This document shows, in pieces, positions 18,867 through 28,636 of a DNA stretch of 64,000 nucleotides. The notes below the pieces were generated by a model. The model was not told the origin of the DNA. It saw nothing but the letters and a program-made list of their open reading frames with translations, and did no database searches. The translations under genes were made by a program, and so were the position numbers. Source of the stretch: Acidimicrobiia bacterium (GTDB lineage: Bacteria > Actinomycetota > Acidimicrobiia > Spongiisociales > UBA11373); contig JBBDMM010000012.1 in assembly GCA_040878325.1 (NCBI GenBank), positions 1-64,000 of the forward strand. Reading direction: 5' to 3'. How positions within the stretch are numbered: position 1 is the first letter of the stretch; every line of letters starts with the position of its first letter.

Positions 18867-19816
18867 AGCTCCATCCCTCTTCCCCCCATCACATGGAGGT
18901 AGACCTCCTCGAGCGAGGGCGAACCGGTGCGCACCGAGGTGATTCCGGCGCCCACCACCACCTCCAGGACGGCGTGGGCGACGCCGTCGGCTTCGGGTTG
19001 AATCCGGGTCCAGCCGTCCGCCCGGGTCTCCACCGAGGCGACCCCGTTCGTGGTCCGGAACCGGTCGACGAGTCCGGCGGGCAGCTCATGGACCTCAACC
19101 CATTCGAACCGGTTGAGCCAGCGGCCGAGCACGGCGGGCCGTTCGGTGGTGAGGAGCTTCCCCCGGTCGATCAGTGACACCCGGTCGCACACCGCCTCCG
19201 CTTCGGCCATGTCGTGGGTGGTGAGAAACACCGTCTTGCCCTCCGCCCGGATCTCCCCCACCAGCTCCCGAAACCGCAGCGAGGCCATCGGGTCGAGGCC
19301 CACCGTGGGCTCGTCGAGGAAGAGCACCTCCGGGTCGCCCACCAGCCCGCGCGCCAGGTGGAGGCGCTGCCGCATCCCCCGGGAGAACTCCTCCACCCGA
19401 TCGTCAGCGCGCTCGGCGAGCCCGACCCGCTCCAGCAACGAGCCGATCCGGGTGCGAGCGGTGGTCGTCGGCACGTCGTAGAGGGCGGCCCAGTAGTCGA
19501 GGTTCTGACGGGCGGTGAGCCGGGTGTAGAGGCCCCGGTCGCCGCCGAACACCAGGCCGATCCGCCGGCGCACCTGCTCCACCTGATCGACGACGTCGAA
19601 GCCGAGGACCGTGGCGGTGCCATCGGTCGGGATCAGGATGGTGGTGAGGATCTTCACCAGAGTGGTCTTGCCGGCGCCATTCGGTCCGAGCAGGCCGTGG
19701 ATCTCGCCCTTCTCCACCTTCAGGTCGATTCCGTCGAGCGCCATCACCGGGCCCGACTTGGATCGGCGGGCGCGGAACTCCCGCCGCAGTGCTTTGGTCA
19801 CGACAACGGCGCTCAT
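18863..19816 (-). CDS. ABC transporter ATP-binding protein
   Basis: GPNGAGKT, FSRGMRQR, LFLDEPT, TTH. Confidence 0.93.
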   Translation of the reverse strand: MSAVVVTKALRREFRARRSKSGPVMALDGIDLKVEKGEIHGLLGPNGAGKTTLVKILTTILIPTDGTATVLGFDVVDQVEQVRRRIGLVFGGDRGLYTRLTARQNLDYWAALYDVPTTTARTRIGSLLERVGLAERADDRVEEFSRGMRQRLHLARGLVGDPEVLFLDEPTVGLDPMASLRFRELVGEIRAEGKTVFLTTHDMAEAEAVCDRVSLIDRGKLLTTERPAVLGRWLNRFEWVEVHELPAGLVDRFRTTNGVASVETRADGWTRIQPEADGVAHAVLEVVVGAGITSVRTGSPSLEEVYLHVMGGRGMEL

Positions 19817-21087
19817 GATCGGGGATTCTTGCTCAATCGGCGGGCGACGGCATGCCAGACGAGCCCGATCACGATCACCGCCAGCCCCGCCATCCAGGCG
19901 ACGGTGTCGACCCAGAAGGCGAGGCCAAGGCACCCGCCCAGGCCCAGCCAGGGCACCGCCACCGGGTAGCGGCGGGACTCTGCGGGCAGGCGGATGGCGG
20001 CCAGGTTGGTGATCGCGTAGTAGACGAGCACCGTGAACGCGCTGAAGGCCCAGGTGCTTCGGACCGTACCGAACCCGGCAAGCAGGGCGATGATCACCCC
20101 CACCAGGGGCACCGCCACTATCGGGGTCCTTCCGGTGGAATCGATGCGGGCCACGGCCCCGGGGAGGTCACGGCGCCGGCCCATCGCCAGGGCCACCCGG
20201 GACAGGCCCAGAACCAGGTTGAGGAGCACCGCGAGCATGGCGGTGATCGCCGCCACCCCGACTATCCGGGCGCTTCCGGGGGCACCAAAGCCCCGGGCGA
20301 CCACCTCGAGCGGGGCGGCGGTTCCTCCGGTGGCATCGGCCAGGCTGTCTGCGCCGGCCGCACCGACCCCGACGGTGGTGACCGCCCCGTAGAGGAGCAC
20401 GGTGGCGATCAGCGCAATGATGATCGCCCGCGGAATGGTCCGGGAAGGATCACGCACCTCCTCACCGAGGGTGGCGATGCGGCCGTACCCGGTGTACGCC
20501 ACGAACATCAGCGCGGTGGCCTCCAGAACGCCGGCCGCTCCCCCACTCATGAAGGGCGAGAAGTTGTCCAAGTCGAACTCCATGGCCCCGGCGATGGTGA
20601 ACCAACCCAATCCGAAGAGGGTCACCGCCACGATCACCGCATTCGCCAACGCCGACCGGCGCACTCCGAGAGTGACCAAGCCGGTTACGACCAGCACGGT
20701 CGTCACCGCCACCACCGGCCCCCCGTCGCCGATGCCGGTCAGCCGGTTCAGGTATCCGGCGAATCCCAGGGCCGCTGCTGCGGCCGATGCCGACTTGGCG
20801 GCGAGGAACATCCAGCCGGCGGTGAAGCCCAGGGCCGGCGAGAGATAGCGGTAGCCGTACTCGTAGGTGCCGCCACTGGTCGGGTGTGAGGCCGCCAACT
20901 GGGCGCTGCTCAGGCCGTTGAACGTCGCCAGCAGGCCGGCGAGGGCAATTGCCACGACCACCGCCGGACCTGCAGCCTCGGCGGCGAGCCCGGTGCCCAC
21001 GAACACCCCGGTACCGACGATGGACCCGAGTCCGAGGAGCACGGCCGCACCCACTCCGAGTTCACGATTGAGGGTGTCGGTGGGCAC
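19813..21087 (-). CDS. APC family amino acid permease
   Basis: GSIVGTGVF, PTSGGTYEY, FVAYTGYGRIATLGEEVRDP. Confidence 0.9.
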   Translation of the reverse strand: MPTDTLNRELGVGAAVLLGLGSIVGTGVFVGTGLAAEAAGPAVVVAIALAGLLATFNGLSSAQLAASHPTSGGTYEYGYRYLSPALGFTAGWMFLAAKSASAAAAALGFAGYLNRLTGIGDGGPVVAVTTVLVVTGLVTLGVRRSALANAVIVAVTLFGLGWFTIAGAMEFDLDNFSPFMSGGAAGVLEATALMFVAYTGYGRIATLGEEVRDPSRTIPRAIIIALIATVLLYGAVTTVGVGAAGADSLADATGGTAAPLEVVARGFGAPGSARIVGVAAITAMLAVLLNLVLGLSRVALAMGRRRDLPGAVARIDSTGRTPIVAVPLVGVIIALLAGFGTVRSTWAFSAFTVLVYYAITNLAAIRLPAESRRYPVAVPWLGLGGCLGLAFWVDTVAWMAGLAVIVIGLVWHAVARRLSKNPRS

Positions 21088-21202
21088 CCGGCGAGGGTAG
21101 CGAGGAGGGCTCCACGGCATCGTGGCGACGAGCAGGGCCCTTTTCCTGTGACCCGGTGCCACCGGGAGGCGATACCGTGACACCGACTCAGGAGGTCAAT
21201 CG

Positions 21203-21874
21203 ATGTTCCGGCGTCTCGTCCTCCCCTTCGTGCTTCTGCTGGTGGTGGCTGCGTGCGGTGACGATGAGGCCGTGATCTCGACCACCACTTCGCCGCCTGG
21301 GGCGACCACTACCCATCCGCCCCCCACCACGACCGCTCCTGCCACCACGACGGTTCCGCCCCAGACCACCACCGCAGTTCCGGTGACCACGACCGCACCG
21401 TTCACGGAGGGTCCGTACGTGCTCGAGGACGCCGGCCTCTTCCCGCCGCCGGTGCTCGCCCAGAGTGAGGGTCCCAGCGGTTCGGGGTGCGTCCCGGGCA
21501 GCAACACCGTGATCCCCGACGGCATCTGGTACGGGTATGTGCTCGCCACCACCGGAAGCGTGATCACCTTCGACATGGCCTGCTGGTTCTGGGGCGAAAT
21601 CGCCTACACCGAGGGCGCTAAGGATGGCGAGGAAGTCAACAACGACTACTACGTCCGGAACCAGAACCCTTTGACCTTCCAGGTCCCGATCGGGCCGAGC
21701 GCAACCATGTACTGGCTGGACAGCAGTTCGGGGAACTTCGTGCCCGAGCCGATGCCGATGGCCGATTGGCCGGGACCGGACGAGGACTGGCCATGCCCCG
21801 GCGAGGACTGCGGGGTCTGGCTCTACATCAACGACGGCGTCATCACCGAGGCGATCGAGCAGTATCGGCCTTGA
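21203..21874 (+). CDS. Lipoprotein with Thr/Pro linker
   Basis: VAACGDD lipobox; TTT-rich linker; GGAGG RBS. Confidence 0.75.
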   Translation: MFRRLVLPFVLLLVVAACGDDEAVISTTTSPPGATTTHPPPTTTAPATTTVPPQTTTAVPVTTTAPFTEGPYVLEDAGLFPPPVLAQSEGPSGSGCVPGSNTVIPDGIWYGYVLATTGSVITFDMACWFWGEIAYTEGAKDGEEVNNDYYVRNQNPLTFQVPIGPSATMYWLDSSSGNFVPEPMPMADWPGPDEDWPCPGEDCGVWLYINDGVITEAIEQYRP

Positions 21875-21875
21875 T

Positions 21876-22706
21876 TCAGGCGATCAGCGAGGGACGGGTT
21901 ATCCGGTGCACCGCCGCGGCGTACTCCAGCACCTGATCTGCCCACTGCGGGTCGCCGACCAGGGGGGCGGTCGGTAGTTCGGTGCCTTGCCACCCATCGG
22001 TGTGCCACCGGGCGTGACCCGGCAAGGGAGTGTCGGTGAGGTGGTCGGTGAACGGCCAGGGGTTCGAGTAGAAGTAGGGCTGGTCGGCCGGGTCGTAGCC
22101 CAGATTCAGCTGGGCGGGAGCGAGCTCGCCGTCCTCGCCCTCGACCATCCTCGACCCGAACCACTCGAAAGACATGTCGAGGTGGTGAGACCAGAGCAGG
22201 ATCGGGCCGGGTTGTCCCTCCAGCGTCGCCCTATGCCGTTCGAACACCGGATGAATCGCCTGGAGAGTGTCCAGCAGCCATCCGGCAGCCGCAGGGTCGT
22301 ATTCGATGGATTCGTCGGACGCAAACTTCTCGCGGTCGAAGTTGTCGGCGAGCCCGAGCCCGACCATCTCGGCGAGGAGCCGGTCACCGAACTCGGTGGC
22401 GGTTCCGGAGCCGATGGGGAGCCCGCCGCGGGTACCTCCGATGGTCTCCCACCAGACCGTGTGTTGCGCCAGATCCGCTCCCAGCGTGAGCATCTCGCCC
22501 GAGGGCAGAGCCACCGGCGCAGTGGTCAGCCCGGTGGGCACCATACGGAGCCCGATGTGCCACCAGTGTGGCTGCGGCTCGGCATGCGCCCGGGGCACGG
22601 AGGCGATCGCCAGGAGGCGCCCATGCAGGGCACTCCGGGTCGAGGGCCAGGATTCGGGGGCTTCGGCGAGAGCCTGATGGCGCTCCCGGTCGGCGGCGTC
22701 CTGCAT
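21876..22706 (-). CDS. DUF5996-like protein
   Basis: W.STR.ALH, HWWH.GL...PTGLTT, LWSHHLD, PYFYS. Confidence 0.65.
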   Translation of the reverse strand: MQDAADRERHQALAEAPESWPSTRSALHGRLLAIASVPRAHAEPQPHWWHIGLRMVPTGLTTAPVALPSGEMLTLGADLAQHTVWWETIGGTRGGLPIGSGTATEFGDRLLAEMVGLGLADNFDREKFASDESIEYDPAAAGWLLDTLQAIHPVFERHRATLEGQPGPILLWSHHLDMSFEWFGSRMVEGEDGELAPAQLNLGYDPADQPYFYSNPWPFTDHLTDTPLPGHARWHTDGWQGTELPTAPLVGDPQWADQVLEYAAAVHRITRPSLIA

Positions 22707-22776
22707 CCGGCGACTGTACCCATGGCGTCCGAGGGGGTCGCTCCCCTATCGTCCCGTCAGGCGAAGGGAGGTCTGG

Positions 22777-23277
22777 ATGTCACCGGAGGTGTTCAACACC
22801 GCGATGGCCGTGCTGCGCGGTGTCGTGGGAGTCGTGTTCCTGGCTCACGGAGCCAAACACTTCAAGAGCCGCGAAAAGACGATGCGCTGGGTGGAGTCGA
22901 TCGGGCTGAAGAGCCCGGGGATCCAGTGGGCGTTCATGACCTTCGCCGAGATCGGGATCGGCCTGGGCTTCCTCGCCGGGTTCCTCACCTCATTTGCCGC
23001 CGCCGGCCTGGTGGCGATGATGTTCGTGGCCTACTGGACCGTGCACCGGTTCGCAGGTTTCTGGGTCACCGCCCGACCTGACGAGGGCTGGGAGTACGTG
23101 TTCGTCCTGGTTGGAGCGGCGATCGCGGTCGCCCTGCTCGGCCCCGGCGAATGGTCGCTGGACCATGCCATCGAAATCGCCGACGACTTCGACGGGGTCA
23201 CCGGAGCCGTGATCGTGACCGGGGGCTTCCTCGCCGCCATCGGCCAGCTGGCGATGTTCTACCGGAGGAAGAGGTAG
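22777..23277 (+). CDS. DoxX family membrane protein
   Basis: LRGVVGVVFLAHG, GWEY, GPGEWSLD. Confidence 0.88.
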   Translation: MSPEVFNTAMAVLRGVVGVVFLAHGAKHFKSREKTMRWVESIGLKSPGIQWAFMTFAEIGIGLGFLAGFLTSFAAAGLVAMMFVAYWTVHRFAGFWVTARPDEGWEYVFVLVGAAIAVALLGPGEWSLDHAIEIADDFDGVTGAVIVTGGFLAAIGQLAMFYRRKR

Positions 23278-23279
23278 CC

Positions 23280-23339
23280 GGCCGACCGAAGGTCGGCCCA
23301 AGGCGGCCGGAGGCCGCCCAAGAGCCAAGTAGCAAGACC
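23280..23339. repeat. Twin hairpins plus heptamer array between convergent genes
   Basis: GGCCGACC-GAA-GGTCGGCC; GGCGGCC-GGA-GGCCGCC; CAAGAGC CAAGTAG CAAGACC. Confidence 0.6.
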
Positions 23340-23345
23340 CGAGGC

Positions 23346-23879
23346 TCAGTTGAGGGCGGGGTCCTCTGGGTATTGGAGGTAGGCGGGGAAGAGGCCTCCC
23401 TTGCGGTGGAGGGCGCTAGCGCGGATCTGGCTGGGGTCGGCGGCGAAGGCGTCGTCGGGATGAGCCGGGACGACGATCCAGTCGAGGGATGCGATCTCAC
23501 TCTCGAGCTGACCTGCGGCCCACCCCGAGTAGCCGGCGAAGACCCGCACCCGACCGATGGAGTCGGGATCTGACCCTTCCAGGTCGATAAGCCCGGCGGT
23601 CCCCACCACCGGCGTCCAGCCGCTGACCGTCGTATCCCCTTCCGCGACCACGATTGCCACCTCCACCTGCACCGGTCCCCCGAGGAAGACCATCGCGGGG
23701 TCGGCGGCGTTGCCCGACCAGTCGGGCAGATGATCTTCGACGGCGATCCCCGTGGGTCGATCCAGCACCACGCCGACCGCACCAGCTTCGTCGTGGGCGC
23801 ATACGAGCACCACGGTGTCGACGAAGTTGGGGTCTCCCATGACCGGCGTGGCGATCAGCAGGTTCCCGACGAGGGACAT
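23346..23879 (-). CDS. YqgE/AlgH (DUF179) family protein
   Basis: LLIATP..DPNF, GGPV, FAGYSGWAAGQLESEI, P.LN end. Confidence 0.9.
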   Translation of the reverse strand: MSLVGNLLIATPVMGDPNFVDTVVLVCAHDEAGAVGVVLDRPTGIAVEDHLPDWSGNAADPAMVFLGGPVQVEVAIVVAEGDTTVSGWTPVVGTAGLIDLEGSDPDSIGRVRVFAGYSGWAAGQLESEIASLDWIVVPAHPDDAFAADPSQIRASALHRKGGLFPAYLQYPEDPALN

Positions 23880-23901
23880 CCCCTGATCATTGCAGCCAGC
23901 G

Positions 23902-24387
23902 CTATCGGCCGTTGGACGGCGACTGAATGCCGTCGACCGGCACCACTTCGGATCGACGATGGGCCGAAGGGTCGGGGCATCGCAGCGACTCGAGGGTGGC
24001 CAGCTCGGATTCGAGTGTCTCGAGTCGGCGCGCCAGGTTGCCTCCGGCGGGGGTTCGGTCGACTCCCAGCACCTGCAGGCGGGTGAGCTCGTCTTCGGCT
24101 TCGGCGAGCTCCTCGGTCAATGCCTCGATTCGGGCGGCGCTGTCGGAGGCGCCTGCGGGTGTAGCCGTTGGCTGCTCCATCGAGGCCTGGTAGGCCATCT
24201 CAGCCTCGACCAGGCGATCCATCGCGTTGAAGAGGTCATGGTCACGCGCGGCCAGCCGGAGCTTCCAGTCCGACGCATTTTCCGGGCCGGGCCGCCGCCG
24301 CCGACGCCCCAGCAGGAATCCGCCGGCAAGGCCAAGAACGCCGGCACCCGCGCCGATCCCGATCTGAATGATGAGTGCCTCTTCCAC
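23902..24387 (-). CDS. Membrane-anchored short coiled-coil protein
   Basis: N-terminal TM followed by RRRRR, then heptad-rich segments. Confidence 0.65.
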   Translation of the reverse strand: MEEALIIQIGIGAGAGVLGLAGGFLLGRRRRRPGPENASDWKLRLAARDHDLFNAMDRLVEAEMAYQASMEQPTATPAGASDSAARIEALTEELAEAEDELTRLQVLGVDRTPAGGNLARRLETLESELATLESLRCPDPSAHRRSEVVPVDGIQSPSNGR

Positions 24388-24445
24388 CGGTCACAGCCTC
24401 CAATTGGGATGTCACAGGTACCGGGTCGATGACGAGCCGCTCGCC

Positions 24446-26206
24446 TTATCCGGCGAGCTCTCGCGCCTGCTCGATCCAGCGGTCGTCGAGGATGCGCCTG
24501 CCGTATACGGGAAGAACAGCACCCACCAGCTCCACATCTTGGTCGGTGAACTGCGCTATTCGGCGGAATTCGGTGATTCCCATCCCGTGGAGGATGTCCC
24601 GGATCTTCGGGCCGATTCCCCGGATGAGGGTCAGGTCGTCCGGGCCGGTCCTCTCCGGAGGACTCGTAATCCGGGCGATCAGAAGTTCCTTCTCCTCGAC
24701 CACCACTCGCAGCCGGCCGATCCGCTCGAGTAGCGGTGCCGTCGCAGAATCCACCGCCCTCGCCACTCGCTCGCGCAGCAGCCGATCCCATTCTGCGTAG
24801 GTGCGGGTTGTCGCCTCGATCTTGGGCTGCTCGGAGGCTTCGAGGGAGATCCGGCGCTGCATCCGGGCCGACCGCTCCCGTTCGGTGGCCAGAGTCCCCT
24901 TCACTCGCTCGAGCTCTCCCCGCAGCGCGGCCGCCTCGTCATGTCGCTCCAGTTCGACGATCCTCGTGCGGGCCTCGGTGAGGTCGGACTGGAGCCCCCC
25001 TAGATGCTCGAGGACGGCGAGGGCCTCGCCGTGCGCACCCTGAACCCCTATCAGATCTCGCTCGGCGCGGGCGAGCGCGAAAGCGGCATCGTCCCTGGCC
25101 TCGGCAACCGCCTTCACCTCTTCCTCCAGCTGCACGATCCGCCGCTCTCGAGCTTCGACCTCGACATAGAGGCGCTCCATCGAGCCGATCTTGTCATTGA
25201 GTCGGCGGAGCTCGGAGTCGCGGGCCGCCGACAGCGCGGCCAGTCGAGCCTCGAGGTCGGCGATCTGCGCGTCGCGAACCACCAGGCGGGCGGCACCCCG
25301 ATCGGTTTCACGGGCCGCCCGTTCGAACTCGGATGCCCGACCCGTCTGGCGAGCCACTTCCGCGGCGGCGGCGGCGACGCGGCGATCGGCCTCCTCCCGG
25401 ATCTCCTCGATGGACAGCCGCATCCGATCGGCTTCGCTGCGGGCCGTCGCCAACTCCGCGCGGAGGCTCGCCTGCGAACGCTCGTCGACGCCGAGGCGAA
25501 GGGTGAGCTCGGCGATCTGATGGCGCAAGTGCGCTGCCTCCACATCCGGCTCGGGTACGGGGATGGCGGCAAGGGCGGTCTCGAGCTCGGTGATGCGAGC
25601 CGTGGCCGTCGCCAACTCGTCCTCGAGGAGAAGGTGATCGGAGCGAGAGCCGAGGCTTTGGGCCACTTCGAGACGGTGGCGAAGATCCCGCTCGGCGGCA
25701 GCGTGAGTGGCGACCGCATTGCGCATATCGGCCAGTTCGGCGTCGAGGTGCCCGATGCGGTCATCATCGAGCGGTGGCGGCGGAGTCGCCCTGGCCGACG
25801 CGGCGCGTTCGGTCTCGAGGTGGGCGAGCTGTTGCTCTGCGGCCTCGAGCAGGGAGCGGACGGCGGAGATCTCCGCGTCGGCGCTGGCGAGGGCGTCGCG
25901 GACGTCGTCGGCGCCGGCTTCGAGGAGCAGTGCTTCTCGTTCAGAAGCATCGAGGCGGCGCCTCAGCGCGTCGGCGTCAGCCCTCACCTGGGCGAGGAGC
26001 GCAGCCGCAGCCCCCGCCGACCAGGCAGCCTCGCGCTCGCCTGCGGACACGATTTGAATTGGTGGAGGCACTCGAGGCTCGCCGGGCGGGATCGGCGGCG
26101 GGCCGGCGCCATCCCTTTTCCGGCGCGACCGCAGGTAGAGGATCGAGAACCCGCCGAGGAGCACGACTACGGCGACTGCAACGGCGATCGAAACGTCCAC
26201 GGGCAC
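24446..26206 (-). CDS. Membrane-anchored long coiled-coil protein with C-terminal HhH domain
   Basis: TM plus RSRRKR; long coiled coil; DDLTLIRGIGPK...WIEQAREL. Confidence 0.75.
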   Translation of the reverse strand: MPVDVSIAVAVAVVVLLGGFSILYLRSRRKRDGAGPPPIPPGEPRVPPPIQIVSAGEREAAWSAGAAAALLAQVRADADALRRRLDASEREALLLEAGADDVRDALASADAEISAVRSLLEAAEQQLAHLETERAASARATPPPPLDDDRIGHLDAELADMRNAVATHAAAERDLRHRLEVAQSLGSRSDHLLLEDELATATARITELETALAAIPVPEPDVEAAHLRHQIAELTLRLGVDERSQASLRAELATARSEADRMRLSIEEIREEADRRVAAAAAEVARQTGRASEFERAARETDRGAARLVVRDAQIADLEARLAALSAARDSELRRLNDKIGSMERLYVEVEARERRIVQLEEEVKAVAEARDDAAFALARAERDLIGVQGAHGEALAVLEHLGGLQSDLTEARTRIVELERHDEAAALRGELERVKGTLATERERSARMQRRISLEASEQPKIEATTRTYAEWDRLLRERVARAVDSATAPLLERIGRLRVVVEEKELLIARITSPPERTGPDDLTLIRGIGPKIRDILHGMGITEFRRIAQFTDQDVELVGAVLPVYGRRILDDRWIEQARELAG

Positions 26207-26262
26207 GGGCCGAGTGTACGGAACCCGCCCGCCGCCGGGGTGGGCGGAGTAGCTTCGGACGG

Positions 26263-26757
26263 ATGCGGGTGCGCCTGGCGACGCGGTCTGACCTTCTGGC
26301 GATAGGGAGGGTCGCCGATGCGGCGGCGTGGGAGACCTACTCCGGCCTGCTCAAGCCCGATACGATCGCCCGCCTGCTGTCTCTCCAGTATTCGCCCGCC
26401 GCGGTGCGGCGTCGTCTTCTCCGAGGCGGGATACGAGTGGCAGATGCGGGCCGAGCGGGAGTACTTGGCTTCGCCGACGCCGATGTCGACTCAGGGCAGA
26501 TTCGCCTCGGCGCGATGTCCACCGAGCCCGCCTACCGGCGGAGCGGGGTCGCCAAAGCGTTGCTGGCGTCGGTACGGGCGTCCCACCCGTGGCATCCGGT
26601 TTGCGCCGACGTCCTGCTCGGGAATCTCGATGGCGAGCGCTTCTACGAGTCGCAGGGCTTCGCGCCCGGCGAGGTGATCGAGGGGCGTCTGTTCGACGAG
26701 GAGGTCGTCGAGAGACGATGGTGGCTTGCTCCCCCGATCAGGGGAGCCTCGATTTGA
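26263..26757 (+). CDS. GNAT N-acetyltransferase
   Basis: PAYRRSGVAKALL; N..GERFYESQGF. Confidence 0.85.
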   Translation: MRVRLATRSDLLAIGRVADAAAWETYSGLLKPDTIARLLSLQYSPAAVRRRLLRGGIRVADAGRAGVLGFADADVDSGQIRLGAMSTEPAYRRSGVAKALLASVRASHPWHPVCADVLLGNLDGERFYESQGFAPGEVIEGRLFDEEVVERRWWLAPPIRGASI

Positions 26758-26788
26758 TGGTCCCAATACCTGGCTAGATTCCCGCCCG

Positions 26789-27823
26789 ATGTCAGATCTA
26801 CGCAAGTGGCCCAAGGTCGTGCTCCACGACCATCTCGATGGCGGGGTCAGGCCGCAGACCATGATCGACCTGGCGCCCACCGTCGGCTACCGCGACCTCC
26901 CGTCCACCGATCCGGATCTCCTGAAGCAGGCTCTGTATCAGGGCGACGCCACGTCGCTCGAGGAGTACCTCGCCGCCTTCCGGTTCACCTTTGGGGTCAT
27001 GCAGACCCCCGAGGCGATGCGCCGCGTGGCATTCGAGTCGGTCGAAGACCTGGCAGCAGAAGGAGTGGTCTACGCCGAGATCAGGTTTGCACCCAGCCTC
27101 CATCTGCGGGGGGGCATGACGCGGGGCGAAGCGATTGCCGCAGTGCTGGAGGGTTTCGCCGACGCCGAAGAGGCGTTCGGCGTGCCGGCGCGGGCGATCA
27201 TCGACGTGATGAGACAGGATTCCGACTCGATGGACGTGGCGGCGGCGGCAGTGGAGTTCGTTGGACGCGGTGTCGTTGCGATCGACCTGGCCGGGCCCGA
27301 GGAAGGGAATCCGGCGGCTGCCCATGCGAGGGCGATCGAATTGGGGCGATCCGCCGGGCTGCACGTCACGATCCATGCCGGGGAAGGGGCCGGGGTCGAT
27401 TCGATCGCCGGAGCGCTGGCCGTCGGCGCCGAGCGGATCGGCCACGGAGCTCGGATCATCGAAGACACCGAGTGCGTCTCCGGAGAGATCGTCGCCATGG
27501 GAGACGTGGCGATAGAGGTGCACGATCGTCGCATCCCCCTGGAGCTGTGCCCGACATCCAACCTTCACACCAAGATGTACCCGACGGCAGCCGATCATCC
27601 ATTCGGGGCGCTATATCGCGCCGGATTCGTGACGACCCTCAACACCGACAATCGGTTGATGAGCGGGATCGACATGACCCACGAGTTCGAGGTGATCGAA
27701 CAGGACCATGGGTTCGTGGAGGAGGACTTTCGCAGGGTGACCCTGGCCGCCGTCGACGCAGCGTTCTGCGATGAAGCGACCCGGGAGCGGGCACGGGCTC
27801 GGGTCGAATCCGGCTACCAGTAA
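26789..27823 (+). CDS. add: Adenosine deaminase
   Basis: LHDHLDGG, TIHAGE, ERIGHG, ELCPTSN, NTDN. Confidence 0.92.
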   Translation: MSDLRKWPKVVLHDHLDGGVRPQTMIDLAPTVGYRDLPSTDPDLLKQALYQGDATSLEEYLAAFRFTFGVMQTPEAMRRVAFESVEDLAAEGVVYAEIRFAPSLHLRGGMTRGEAIAAVLEGFADAEEAFGVPARAIIDVMRQDSDSMDVAAAAVEFVGRGVVAIDLAGPEEGNPAAAHARAIELGRSAGLHVTIHAGEGAGVDSIAGALAVGAERIGHGARIIEDTECVSGEIVAMGDVAIEVHDRRIPLELCPTSNLHTKMYPTAADHPFGALYRAGFVTTLNTDNRLMSGIDMTHEFEVIEQDHGFVEEDFRRVTLAAVDAAFCDEATRERARARVESGYQ

Positions 27824-27832
27824 CCCATCGAC

Positions 27833-28636
27833 CTACTGGGCCTCGATCCAGGCGGCCACGGTGTCGATGGCGGTCACGCCGCCCTCCTCGTTGAAGCTCT
27901 CATGTCGGAAGGATGGGAAGAGCACCCTGTTCACTCCCGGCAGAGCGACGAGAGGGGCGCTGATCGGTGGAGGGATGATGGAATCGGCGCCGCCGTGGAT
28001 CACCAGCGTCGGGATCCTCAACTCGGCCACCTGACTTCGTACCCGGCCGGCAGCCAGGAGTGCTTCCCGCCCCAGCCCGAGGGTGGTGCTGTGGTGGTTG
28101 AGCGGGTCGGCGAAGTACCGCTCCCCCACGGTCGCATCTCGGGACAGGCGAGAACCATCGAGGCCGTTCGGAATCTCCTTGTGGGGAACCAGTTGGCCGA
28201 GAATCCGCGCCGCGACCTTCTTGTAGAGCGGCATGGCCGAATCGATGGCCGGCGCCGAGAGCACCAGCAGGTCGGGCTGAGGCCGTTCCGAGAGCGCATA
28301 CGAGGCGGCGATCAGACCACCGAGTGAGTGACCCATCAGCACCACTGGAACGCCCAGGAGCCGAGCGGCATCGAGGTCGCCGACCAGGTCGTCGAGGTAG
28401 TCGTCCCATCGATCGAGGGCGGCGCGCCGCCCGCCGGACCGGCCGAAGCCTCGCAGATCGGTCGCCCGCACATCGTGCCCCCGGGCCGCCAAACCTGCGC
28501 CCACGTGCTCGTAGCGACCTGAATGCTCGGCGAGTCCGTGGACGAGCACAACGGCGGATCGAGGCTCGGGAACGGCCGCCCAATGCCTGGTGAACAGCTC
28601 GAGGCCGTCGTGCCCGGCTCGCGAACCGGTCGTCAT
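27833..28636 (-). CDS. Lysophospholipase-like alpha/beta hydrolase
   Basis: HGLAEHSGRY, GHSLGG, HGGAD, RHESFNE. Confidence 0.88.
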   Translation of the reverse strand: MTTGSRAGHDGLELFTRHWAAVPEPRSAVVLVHGLAEHSGRYEHVGAGLAARGHDVRATDLRGFGRSGGRRAALDRWDDYLDDLVGDLDAARLLGVPVVLMGHSLGGLIAASYALSERPQPDLLVLSAPAIDSAMPLYKKVAARILGQLVPHKEIPNGLDGSRLSRDATVGERYFADPLNHHSTTLGLGREALLAAGRVRSQVAELRIPTLVIHGGADSIIPPPISAPLVALPGVNRVLFPSFRHESFNEEGGVTAIDTVAAWIEAQ

